Part shown: positions 14,084 through 26,473 of the stretch, piece after piece
Position numbering within the stretch: the first letter of the stretch is position 1
Layout of the letters: the number at the start of each line of letters is the position of its first letter
NCBI RefSeq assembly: GCF_009914755.1
Contig: NC_060946.1
Reading direction: 5' to 3' (one strand)
DNA from: the human T2T-CHM13v2.0 reference genome, Homo sapiens
Length of the DNA stretch: 64,000 nucleotides
Notes under the pieces: model-generated
Told to the model about the DNA's origin: nothing
The model's database searches: none
What the model saw: only the letters and a program-made list of their open reading frames with translations
Made by a program: the position numbers and the translations under genes

Positions 14084-14134
14084 CCTGTGTCCTGTGGCCT
14101 CCCCAGGCGACTCACGGACCCTGAGCCACTGCAT
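14084..14134 (-). CDS. C1QTNF6: CTRP6 first coding exon (MQWLRVRESPGEATGHR)
   Basis: ATG at 14134; donor AGG|GTGAGT at 14083; 51+238+548=837 nt = 278 aa + stop, in frame. Confidence 0.92.
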
Positions 14135-14758
14135 GGCCTCTGGCTCCTTGGCCCATGTCTGCAATACTAACTTGTTGCTGGCCCAGACCCCCAGGCCCAG
14201 CAGAGGAGGGAGAGAGGAGGGGATGGAGGGAGAGAGGGCGGAGGGAGGGCGGAGGGAGAGGGCAGAGCCGCTTCCCACTTCCCCTCCTCCCTGCTCCCTC
14301 CCTTTCAGCCTCTGGGTTCTGCGGAGATAAAGGGAGGCAGGGATTTCCTTTGCTTAACTCTTTGGTGATCCAGTGGGGTCTTGCTTGATTCAAAGGCCTA
14401 GAAAGTCAGAGCAGGCAGGAGTCTGAGGCCCCCTGATGATTGGGAAATGGACACAGGCATGGGGCACAGGAGCCCCTAGGTTGCTCAGGAAGGGGGAGGC
14501 AGCCCTGAGTCCACCCTGAGCTAAAGTGCTTAACTGCTCTGAGTCACAGAGGCAGGGTGGGTAGCAGAGAAGGTGCAGGTGTTGGCCCTCCAGGCACAGG
14601 CTAGAATCCTGGCCCTGCTACCACAGTCGCGTCGCCTCTCAGAGCCTAGGTGTTCCAGAACTGCAGTCCTCAGCCCCCTTTGTGCCAGGCACATGGGAGG
14701 GCTTAACCCATGTTTGTTGGGTGAATGACCAGGCTGACCTCCTCAGGTATCATGCAAG

Positions 14759-15401
14759 TGTTACCAGAGAGGGGTACTGATCAGACCCCAAGAGAGAATT
14801 CTTGGATCTTGCACCAGAAAGAATTTGGGGTAAGTCCACAGAGCAAAGTGAAAGCAAGTTTATTAGAGAAGCAAAGAAACAAAAGAATGGCTACTCCATA
14901 GGCAGAGCACCCCCAAGCACTGCTAGTTGGCTATTTTTATAGTTATTTCTTGATCCTATGCTAAACAGGGGTGGATTATTCATGAGTTTTCCAGGAAAGG
15001 GGTGGGAATTTCCTGAAACTGAGGCTTCCTCCCCCTTTTAGACAATATAGGGTAATTTCCGGACATTGCCATGGTATTTGTAGGCTGTCTTGGTGCTGGT
15101 AGAAGTGTGTTTTAGCAAGCTAACACATTTTAATTAACATACAATGAGCAATAAGGATGACCAGATGTCACTTTCATTGCAATCTTAGATTTGGCAGGTT
15201 TTGGCTGGTTTGTTTACCGCATACTGTTTCTCAGCAGGGTCTTGATGACCTGTATCTTGTGATACCAGTCCTGCCAACTTCCTATCCCTTCCTGTGACTA
15301 CAAATGCCTGACCTCCTGGGAATGCAGCCTGGCAGGTCTTAGCCTCATTTTACCCAGCCCCTATTCAAGATGGAGTTGCCCTATTTTGAACACCTCTGAC
15401 A
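14759..15401 (-). mobile_element. MER41B-type 3' LTR
   Basis: Minus strand TGTCAGAGG...CTCCATCTTGAATAGGG...AATAAACTTGCTTTCAC...GGTAACA; GAS site TTCCAGGAA at 14989-14997. Confidence 0.9.
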
Positions 15402-18400
15402 TATTTCCCTACTCTCTTTTACGAGGGAACGTTTAATCTTAAGGGTTGTAGAGGCATGAAGATCCATCTTCTGTAACTTCTTCAGGCTGAATAGAGGCGA
15501 TGATATTCCTGCCTAACTATTAGAGTCTCTTGGGTTTGGTGCAGAGAGGAACTGAGTAAGAAAATGTTGGTGTGTTCAGAGTCATTTGTAACTCTGAGTC
15601 CTAACAAAAGGTGATATCTGGAAGATTAATGTGTTCAATTTAAGGAAGCACTGAGTAAGCTTATCTTGCATTCTTACACAAAGAGTATAGCAGCAATATA
15701 TTCTACAACAGCAAAGTAAAATAAGTAAAATTATCCCAAGTAATCCAAATAAGAAGGCTTTCCATGAACTGGGCAAGAATGCCTGTGACTTATCGGGTAA
15801 AACGAGGCTGAGACCTACTGGGCTGCATTCCCAGGAGGTTAGGCATTCTTAGTCACAGGAATTGCTAGATGAGCTGATACGGAGTTGCTAGACGATTCCA
15901 ATACATGCTCAGAATTAGATACTGATCCAGATTTTTATGTTATCCATCCCTCTTGTTTCTGACGAGAAGCAGTCAAGAGATGACTGTTTGGTTCACAGAA
16001 AGAAGCAAGGTCAGTCTAAATTGCAGACAAAAAACTCAAAAACAATGGATGAGACTAGAATCTATGACAGGTGTACCATATTTTTTGAAACACCGTTTTT
16101 CTCTCTCCAGTCTCCCATTTTTTATTAAAAACAAATCATGGTAGGACCAATTTATTTGCAAAATAAGCTTTAGTCTTATTATACTTGGCTTCATTATTTG
16201 CATAAAGTGCAGCAAGTATAATTATTTGCCATACAGGCTCCTTTTAAAATTGGCTTTGTTTCATAAGGTATCTTAGATTAGATGTTTTAAAGCTTTGAGC
16301 CCAGCCATGGATTTACCTATGCCTGCAAGAACCTGTATGAGTTAGATAAATTCCTCTCCTCTTGAGGTCCCGAGATAACTCGGGGCTCCCAGGCCTGTCA
16401 GAAAGTTACATTCTTTACTTACCACAGGTCAGGAACCCTATACAGGGACTTCATACACAAGGTACAAGACCAGTTTTTCCAAGAGGCTTTTATTGGCTCT
16501 ATTAGTCAACTTTAATTCCTTAAAGAAGTCTGTTTATATTTGAAAGCATGCCACTCGAGTCAAACCCTTGTTAAATAACCAGTTTCTCCAATTGTGTCCT
16601 GTTACAAAAAAAAAAAAAGAAGAAAGAAGGAAAAACAGATTCTTACTGCACTTATGCAAATAACTATATTGCCGTAAGTTAAGAACACTCACAAATAGTT
16701 TCCAAATTCTGCAGAAATCAGGTAAAGAGAAAAAAACATATTCCAAATTTTGTTTTTGGACAAAACTTTGTTTTATAATCCTTACCGGAGCGTACTTTAC
16801 TCAATTGTTAAAAGCTGTAAATAGCTCAAGAAGGGGGGGTTTCTTGACTCTGAAAAACAAAACAGAAAGATCAACAACATTTTAAGCAAAAAGTCATAAA
16901 AGATTATTTCAGTCTTTTATTAGTTCAGTCTATGCAATTAATTCCTGTTTTGCTTGATATATATGTGTTAGTTTTCCAAGAGTCTTGGATGATGTTTTCT
17001 TTTTCTCTGCATTTAAGAGTACTCATCAGAGTCCTATAGCTGATTATAAACCACCTTTTGAAGAGAATAAAAGCAAGACAACAATTGTCTATGGATGACA
17101 GAAAGACTTAGAGCAGTCATGGTTAAAGAATTAATATCATTGACTAGGAAATGTGGATACCTCTGTGGCATATAATAAATTAACATCATAACAATTATAA
17201 TTATTATTGATAATGTCCATTAGTATTGATAATGTTCATATCAGAATTATAGGAGTTTCCCATAATTTTGGAACACATACCAATAACATATTTATATAAA
17301 CACAGCCCAAAGAAAGCCAAACACAATTTCATATTTGACAATGCTTCCTGTATTATTTTAATGTACCAAATAAGCCAAATATGTCATTTTTGGACTTTAG
17401 GGGACCTAATATCTAAAGGACTAATCAGGTTAGAAAAAGGCATAACTTAGAATTTGATTTTGGAAAGTTTGTCAAATATCAAAAATTTAAAACATTTGAT
17501 ACTACAAAATAGCATCCCAGGTCACCATAAGTCATTTATTTGGCCAAAATGATAACTCAAAGATGTTTTTAAGGGCAAAAACCTTAACTCACCGATAAAG
17601 GGAAGACTTAGCTTTCCAAAAAAAACTGTCTCTTTTCGTTCCTTTCTTTTTTCTATAGCTTATTCAAAAGGCAAACAAAAATCTTTAATTATTTTTCAAT
17701 ATTACATGAAAAACTTGTTCAAGAGAGAAAGCCAAATTTTACCTTTGCATTTGTGTACTATTAATGTCAAACCCAATTCATAATAAAGCCTTATAGACAA
17801 CTCTATCCAATTTTAATGTTTGACCATGAGGTAAGAGTCTCATAAACCTTTTATAGCTCTTTACAATTTTCTTGTTAAAGAGTATACCAGTGCTCTAAGA
17901 AAACCTTGTTATACTTTTATTCCATATTTAATTTATGGAAAAACTGAATAATATCCCTTTAATTTAAGCCAATAAGTTCACACAGAATTTCTTTTACAAG
18001 ATTAATCTTTCACAAACCTTCCATAACTTGCTCAAACCTTCAGCTTTATCCTACCTAACTTGAAACAATCCTTTAACCCTCTAAAGTAGGGGGAAAGTCC
18101 ACATTCCCATGCTTTCTTATAATCTTCTTACCAAAAGCATATTCAATTTTCCTTACACACCTTGCATATAAAACTGTTTCTCTAGTAGTCTCAATTACAT
18201 ATAACATATTACGATGTTAACTCTTAGCAACTTTTATTTTTTGGTGAAAAACCTGGTAAGTAAGCAGTTTTACTTATATTCCAGGTGTGGAGCCTAGGAC
18301 AGCCTTATCTGCAGAAGTGCAGATAAGGTCTGACTCTTTCCAGCATAGCTGGGGGCATGGCTAACTCGACAAGTCCCCAGGCCTTATCTAGAATCTAATG

Positions 18401-19799
18401 GCCCCAAAGCAGGTAAGCTGGGCAATTTTCAAAAGTCAATGATGCAGTTTATGACCTTGAGGCATTTAGCAAACCTAAAATCTGACCTGCCTAATTTAGA
18501 CCAAATGTCTAAAGTTTGAAGATATTTTAATGTTACTGATAATCTTTAAAACTGTCTCTATTTCCCAAAGATTATTAAAGTCATGTGAACCAAAAGGCAT
18601 TAATGTTTCTATTTTTCTGACAAAATATTTGATTTAAGTACTTATTATTTTTAAGCCAATTAATCAGAGCTCTTTCATATATCAACATCACACACACAAC
18701 ATATATAAATACACAGACAGAAGATCCAGTAGTTGTAAGATTTTTCATTTGCCAATTTTTAAGTTTCTTAATTGGATTACTGACTTCAGGGTGGAGCCCT
18801 TCAAGAAACAGGGCCAGGAAAGCCTGCAGTTTCTAAGGCCTAATAAGCAGGCACAGCTGGAAGGCAAAACAGAACCCCAAAATTAAGGGTTTCATTTTTA
18901 TATTGGATCCTGGATCCCAAAGAGAGGGAATCAGCCCATCCCCCATGGAAGTCTTATCTTTCAATGGAGGGTGGGGACACTTCCATACTTTCTAGGTGGC
19001 CAAGAGCATGCTTTTCTGATCCAAAGGTGCGAAGAGCCAAGTATCCCCACAAAACTGCCATTAGCCATCCCTAAAAGTGTATTCCCCACCTAGTTATTAC
19101 ATAGCAAGGCTAAAAGCTCTCTTAAAATGCAAAGTAATTTCTGATATCCCCAAAAGTCAAAACTGTCAGATAACACAATACAAAACAGAGCAGAGCCTTA
19201 GATTTTGAGAGTGGTCTATCTGCTTTCAATTCCTGGGGGTGTCCATGAGGAGAACAGAGGTTTCTCCCAAAACAGGGTCTGTAGCACCTCCTTTTTTCCT
19301 GAGAAGTCCCAGGCTATTAAAATTTATCTTAGGTCCTCTCAGGTGGGGCATCAAGAGTGGCAAGAAGACAAAATGGGGAAAAAAATTAAGTCGACTGAAA
19401 AGAAAAAATTTTTCAGAAAAATAAGAGCCAAGAAGAGAAAAAAAAGCATAAAGGCCTTTTAAATATATGTATAGCTTGGATATCCATTTTTAATTAAGCT
19501 GACTTTTAACCAAATCTTGTTACCAGACTCTAGCCGGGACAAACAGCCAATATTTCTGGCTTTTGAACTTCACTAACAGTAACCTCCCAGGTGAAACCGG
19601 TAAGCCTTAACTAAGGTTAGCACTTAACCCAGGTATACAAGGTATTTTCAAAGAGGTGATAAGCAGTTTTTACGAGATCTAGAATCGCCAAGGGTAGTGC
19701 AGAGAAAGGAAAATTCAAACGAGAAGTCAGAAGCTGTTTATGGAGAAGAAAATGAATAAATGGCAAAGGTCACATAGATATTAAACCAGAAAGGACTCA

Positions 19800-19872
19800 T
19801 TCCCTAAGGTGGGAATTGAACCTGGGTCCCCAGTGTGAAGAGACAAAGCCTTAGCTACTGAGCCACGGCACT
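19800..19872 (-). pseudogene. degenerate tRNA-Glu-like sequence embedded in the MER41 internal region
   Basis: Minus strand: A-box-like TGGCTCAGTAG, CTTCAC loop, B-box GGTTCAATTCC, ending TAGGGAA; stems poorly paired. Confidence 0.55.
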
Positions 19873-21362
19873 AGACAGTTTCTGTTTTCCTTCCTGGAAG
19901 GAGCCCAGAGAAGCCAATTTCAAGCGTGCAAAGGCTTTTAACTGCTCAGGACAATTTTTAGGGCTATCACATGAAGCCCCAGCTTCCTGTCGTCTGGATG
20001 GTGGAGACTAAGAGAAAGTACTCCCACACGGTCACAAGGTTAAACTTGCAAGGACGTAAAAAAAAGACAAGACAGAAACCTCATCTAGTTTTTGTTTCAG
20101 GGACCTGCCGCCAAGTTTGTAACTGACGAGTTTGCTGGGCCAACTTGAATAATGGGCTTATATGGGTCCTAGGCCCACATTCTATCCTATAGTACCTCTT
20201 TTTATGACAGACTGACACAGAAAGAAAAATTCATAGCACTAAGTACACCAGATTTTCTAAAGCTTAAGACTAGCCCCCATGAATTCTTTTTCGTATTAAT
20301 CAAATTCCTTGCAGGAGAGACAAACAGTGATTTTTATCATTTATTCAACCAGTTTGCACCAAGAGAGGCCAGAAGCCTGACTGGTAAGAAATTCTTACCC
20401 TTTGCCAGCATGCCAGGTTTCTGGGTTCCCTTTCTCTCTGTGGCTTTGATGGCCCTGCTTACTGTGCCATTGCTATGGGGGCCAAGACACGTTACAAAAG
20501 AAAATCGTCTTTTTCCATTTCATGGAACCACAGGCAAAAGCCTCTTAATTTTGTAAGATGCTGTCCAACAGGCTGCATGGGGAAACCAAATTAACATTTT
20601 CCATTCCAGGAGACTAGCCACCCCACTCAGTGCCCAACATCAACCTGGCAAGGCTCAAACTTGCTCCCGATGGCCCTTGTCATCTTTGATCCACTCCAAG
20701 TGAGGTGGAATGCCCTCCAACCAGAAGTTTCAACATATGGTAGCTGGGCAAGATGGAAGAGTGGAGAGTCACCCTGAGTGACAGAAAAGATAGAAAAGAG
20801 AAAGGAGAGAGGAAGAAAAGCATTGCCTGCCGGGGGGTGGAGAAGCTGAGGAGCTCAGGGAGGCCAGAGGCCTCCATTCCATTGACACTGGATCAATAGT
20901 TCAGGAGGTCGCTTGTCAGTAGCAAAGGTATCTTTTCCAGCAATCTCATCATCTCTAAAGTTTCCCCCTTTGGGGAGAAGAAAGCTCCCCATGTCCCATG
21001 ATCCTGTACGTGCCTAATCCTGTCACTCACAGCTGTCAGCAAACAGTGCAAGGCAGATTAATGAAAAGAGAATAGTGGTTAATATCCCATAGTGCCTAAT
21101 CCATTTCTCCTTACCAAGGGACATGACCGAGGGGGACCTCTAACTCCCTAAGGACTCCAACCTTCTTCATTTGGGCCTCTAACCCAATTTCTGATAAGCA
21201 TCTTTGCCCTTCACTAAGAGGGGCCTTTAACCCCCTATTTCTGAGGAGGGAACCTAACCCAAATCCATACATTACCCAGAATAAAATATCCCTCACTTAC
21301 CCAAAGTCAGCCAATTGGGGCTGTAGTCTATTTCCTTTGGGTTGAGGGTGTTTTCTGGTATC

Positions 21363-21381
21363 GTCCCTTCGTGGTTCACTA
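21363..21381 (-). other. retroviral primer-binding site (tRNA-Arg-like, degenerate)
   Basis: + strand GTCCCTTCGTGGTTCACTA resembles the 3' end of tRNA-Arg(TCG) (TCCCTTCGTGGTCGCCA) and sits just inside the 5' LTR. Confidence 0.65.
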
Positions 21382-21388
21382 GAAAAAA

Positions 21389-22028
21389 TGGTACTGGAAA
21401 GGGGTCCCAATCCAGACCCAAAGAGAGGGTTCCTGGACTCGCACAAGAAAGAATTTGAGGTGAGTCCACAGAGTGAAGTCAAAGCAAGTTTACAGAGAAG
21501 TAAAGAAACAAAAGAATGGCTACTCCATAGACAGACCACCCCTGAGCGCTGCTGGTTGGCTGTTTTTATGGTTATTTCTTGATTATATGCTAAACAAAGG
21601 GTGGATTATTAATCAGTTTTCCAAGAAAGGGGAGATTTCCCCAGAACTGAGAGTTCCTCCCGCTTTTAGACCGTATAAGGTAATTTCTGGACATTGCCAT
21701 GGCATTTGTAAATTGTCATGGTGCTGGTGGGAGTGTCTTTTAGCATGCTAATGCATTATAATTAGTGTATAATGAGCAGTGAGGATGACCAGAGATCACT
21801 TTCATCACCATCTTGGATTTGGTGTGTTTTGGCCGGCTTGTTTAGCGCATCCTGTTTATCAGCAGGGTATTTATGACCTGTATCTTATGATACCAGTCCT
21901 GCCGACTCCCATCTCATCCTGTGACTAAAAATGCCTAACCTCCTGGGAATGCAGCCCAGCAGGTCTCAGCCCTATTTTACCCAGCTCCTACTCAAGATGG
22001 AGTGGCTCTGGTTCTAACACCTCTGACA
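21389..22028 (-). mobile_element. MER41B-type 5' LTR
   Basis: Homologous to 14759-15401; followed on the minus strand by the PBS; TTCCAAGAA at 21619-21627. Confidence 0.9.
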
Positions 22029-24539
22029 CAGGGCCAGGGCGGCAGCCAAGTCGCTCCTCTATGCTCCAGCCCCAGCTACACCAAAGTCTTCTTCCTCTGA
22101 CTGGAATTCTGCCATTGTTACTGACTCACCCTGGTCTTCTAGAACTATTCCCTTGTGGAAATGACCCCCAACAAGTTCACAGGAGGGCAGCCTGTTTGCC
22201 TCTGGGTCTGGCAGGGTCCTGCCTCAGTTTCCTTCTTGTTAGGCAGGGGGAAGTTTGGCAAAGACTCTCTGCCCTGGCTTCCTGGGGCCCGAGACTCCTG
22301 TATAAAGACTGTCTCAAATGTCCCTTATCCTCCACCAAGGGATTTGGTGGGTTTTGGCTGGCTTGTTTACAGCATCCTCCTATTCTACATTTGTTGAAGA
22401 CTTACTGCCTGGGCCAGGTCTCATCTCTCTAGGGGCTTTTGGTCCCCAAAGGGTGTTTATATCCATTACTTCAACTAGTCCTAGGGAGCTGGGGTCAGGC
22501 AGCTGAAGTGACTTGCCCAAGGTCACATAACTGGTAGAGAGGAGCAAAGCCCCCTACAGAAGGGAAGACTCTCCAACCCGATGGAATTCCCTCGGGGCTT
22601 GGGCATGGGCGGGGAACAATGCCTGCAGGTCAGGGCCGTCCTGGGAGGAGGGAGGTGCAGGAGTGCGGGGACCCCGGCGGGGAGTGGGGATATATTTAAA
22701 TCTGGGGCTTCAGGTGCTAAATCCCATTCCCCCACTCACAGCTGGGCCAAGTGTGGAGGATGGGACGGCCCCTGGGCTCTGCGTCCTCAACCAGGGCTCA
22801 TCCTTGGGCCTCCAATTTCCAATTTATTTGGGGGGATAATCAAACAGAAGAATATGAAGCCTGGAAAGATCCTCAGAAATGATCTCATCTGATTCTTTCA
22901 TCTGACCAGCAGGGACACTGTGGCCCAGGGAGGATTTATCTTTGGCCCAAAGGTCACATGGCAGACTACAATCCAAGCTGGGATGACAGCCAGACTCTCC
23001 CAACCTCCAGCCTTGTGCTGTCACCCCTCCCAAACCGACTTGGAATCCCCCAGGTCATCCATTCAGGGGTGCAAGGGGGCCCAAAGGAAAGCAGACTAAA
23101 GGACTTTGGCCACTGGGAACACCCAAAGGCCTGCACTGGCCCTGCTCTCTACGTGGCCCTGCCCCAGGCAGCATTCCCAGGGCGCAGAGCCAGGGCTGCA
23201 GAGGGAGGGAGCCAAGGGGAGCCTCCCTCCCTGCTTCTAAGGGAAAAGGGTTGAGTCGGCAGCACTGGAGAGGGAGACAGCTCCTGCCTGGCTCCAAGCC
23301 TTCGGGCTTAGAAAACCTGACCTTCTGAGGAAACAGGGATAGAGAGAACCATCAATGGGACTTGGGGAGAAACAGGCTGGGGACACAGCAATGGTTTTGT
23401 CAAGGGCCAACTGTGTGCCTGGCAGTGTTCCATACCGCCCTCAACAGCTCCTCTGCAGAGAAGAGCTGTTCAACCCACTTCACAGGTGAGGAGGCTGAGG
23501 TCTGAAAAGCCAGGCAACTCACCAGGTTCTGGTGCCAGCTCATTTGGCTCCCGGCCATGCAATGCCCCGGAGAAGAGCCTCCTGTCCCTCTAGGTGCAGG
23601 GCAGCTGGCAGGAGTCAGAGCAGACAAGAGAGAACTCTGGAATATTACACTTCAGTATTTTCCCTCCCATTAGCTTTGACCGTGCCTGAAAATTCCTCCA
23701 TTTGTGCGTCATCCGTTGGTGTCCCAGCCTTTCTGACGATCTCCTCAGCTGGTCAGGTGGCCTGAAAACAGAGCTCCAGCCCTGGGGCAGACAAACCTGG
23801 GTGATGACTCAGCTCCCCCTCCTAGCTGTGTGACCTCGGGCAAGTTTACCTCTCTGAGCCTTGGTGTCCCTGGGCCAGATAAACATGAGGAGGCCAGGAC
23901 CATCGGGGCCGACTGGTGGAATGCCCGATGGGGGCACTCCCCACTGGCCACCCATCAGTAAAGCTGTGTGCCCTTTCCCAGGCACCCTGGGACCCAGGAC
24001 AACAGCATGACCAGGAGGAGCGCAGGCCCAGGGTGGCTCTCATCACCCTGCTATCACTCCCAGCAGCAAAGGAGTAACCCCAATGCAGAAACCCAGGGTA
24101 CAGGCCCTGCTTCCCCAGCCACTCCCCACCCTTTCCCCTGCCTCCAGAAGCTGGCTTTTCTCCCCAACCATTCTGTGGGCCTTCCATATCTTGACTCCTC
24201 TAATCCTTCCAACAATGCTCTGAGGTAGGCACACGTGTTACCTCGTCTGTCCATTTTACAGACGAGATAGATGAGGCACATACTGACCAAGAGCCAAGCC
24301 CCTGGCCACCATCCTGCACTCGCCCACGTTCCAGCCCAGGGTCAGGAGAGGGTGTGAAAATAGGCACATTCAGTCAGCGCTTACAAAGCACGGCGCGCTT
24401 CATGTATTTAAAAAATAAAATGTGTGCCTGTCAAAAAGGGAGACAGGACAGTAAACATGATTCCTGGCGTCCGCTATGTAGGCTCTGAGTGGCAAGTCAC
24501 AGATCTAACTGTTCAAGCGCAGAGATCAATTTCAACAAA

Positions 24540-25620
24540 GGAAGACGCGAGCGCCTCCTGCTGGGCAGAGCCCCCGCGCCCGGGAACCCGGGACGCTCCC
24601 CGCTCCCCGGTCCCCGGCCCCCGCCCGTCCCACCAGCCCGTCCCCTCAGGGAACTTTGGGGCAGGCCAGGGCGCCCATGCACTCGCTTCTTCCTCCAAAC
24701 CCCCGCAGTCCCCGCAGCAACCCCCACCCCCCACACACAAACCGGCTTCCTCCCACGAGGAGAGCCCCGGGCCTGGTTCTACCGACTCCCCCACGTTGAC
24801 CCGCCCAGGGGCCGGGGAAAGTTTCGCTCTCCGGAACCAGGTTCCCCGTCCTGGGCTTTCAGGACGTCGGATCCCAAAGGTGTTCAGCGGAGTTGGGCGG
24901 GCTGTCATGTTTTACAAAAGGGGAAACTGAGTCTGGAGAGCGCCAGCTCCGCGCCAGGCCCTCTGCCCCGGCGGGAAACCTGCTGATTGTTGGAGGGGAA
25001 ACCGAGACTCAGGGACACTGAGGGGCAGCAACTTCTTCCCCCGACACGACAGAACAGTGGCAGAGCCTGCCTGCTGGGGCGTGCGGCTGGCGCCAACCTC
25101 TCCCTTTCTCCCTGCAAAACGAAGGCGAAAGACGCCCCCACGCCAGGCTCGGGGAGCCCCTCCCTCTCCACCCGCTTCCCCCTCAAACCCTGGTTCGTGT
25201 CTCCCTCTGCATAGCCCAGGGCCCAGGCAAGCGGAACCCCTACATCCACGACAGCGCCACGGGCCCGAGGGACGAGGACCTGCCTCTCTGGCCCACCCGG
25301 GCCTCGCGCCCGGAGGGCGGAGCCACAGCCGCGCCGGGAAACTGCCTTTGCACTTCCGGCGTAGGGCGAAGCCGAGCAGATCGGAACAAGGCCGAGTCTG
25401 GCCGAGTGCTGCCGAATACAGCCGAGTAGAGCCGAGCCTGGCCGAGTGGAGCCAAGGGTCGCCGAATAGAGACGAGTCCAGCCGAGCGGAGCTGCGGGTC
25501 GGATACCACGCGGCTACTGGGCGAGGCCTGAGGACCCGCGGCGCCCCCTGCCGGGCCTGGGGAGCACAGAGCCACGCTCCAGCCGTCCCCGCAGCCCTGC
25601 GACAGGCTTTTGAGATGGGC
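24540..25620. promoter_or_regulatory. CpG island; probable upstream alternative promoter of C1QTNF6
   Basis: High CpG/GC density, GC boxes, ETS motif ACTTCCGG at 25352-25359, CTCF-like motif at 25541-25554. Confidence 0.75.
25371..25500. repeat. degenerate 10-bp tandem array (GCCGAGNNNN) x13
   Basis: GCCGAG or a variant recurs every 10 nt exactly. Confidence 0.85.
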
Positions 25621-26156
25621 GTGGGAGCCCATTTTTTCGGATGAGGAAACTGAGTCTACGAGAGGTTCTGAGGCTGGCTCAAAGGCACTCAGCGCTAAGA
25701 GGCAGTGGCGCTGGGGTTCAAACCCGATTGCGTGGCCAGGAGCTCACCTTTCACTGCCGACCACGTAATGGGCATCGTGCGTTTGTTCCGTTCTCCCTCT
25801 GGCAGCTGCCGTTTGATAAGGCCCAACAGGGAGAGCCCCTCCCTTCTGAAGAGCAGGCGCAGGGTCCTGGCTGGAGCTCAGAGGCAACCCCTGATCTTAC
25901 AGAGGGAGACACCAGGCAGGCTCTGGGGCCTGTTGAGCCAGCAGTTCCCCTGAGCAAATATTGACACATTTGCTGGCCTTTAAAGCGGACAGGAGGGTGG
26001 AGAGGCCACATCCCAGCTCTTCCCCTGCTAGGATCCGATACACCCCACCCCACCGTAGGCCTCAGTTTCTCCACCTGTAAGATGGTGACAGAGGATGTGG
26101 GTTCCAGGAGAGTGTGAGCCAGAACCTGAGGTGTCTGGGACCCCAGGGGACCCTGA

Positions 26157-26473
<317 letters not shown>

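Larger units (their letters stand above)
14759..22028 (-). mobile_element. near full-length non-coding MER41 (ERV1, MER4 group) provirus
   Basis: Two ~640-bp direct-repeat LTRs; 4-bp TSD-like CAAG (14755-58)/CAGG (22029-32); PBS at 21363-21381; polypurine tract at 15402-15420; AT-rich internal region with no long ORF. Confidence 0.92.

Noticed and set aside
15402-21388. gag/pol/env genes in the provirus
   Set aside because: No long ORF and no RT, integrase or capsid motifs; the interior is non-autonomous and decayed
25371-25500. Repeat-spacer pattern reminiscent of CRISPR
   Set aside because: 6-bp core with 4-bp spacers in human DNA and no cas genes; it is a degenerate minisatellite
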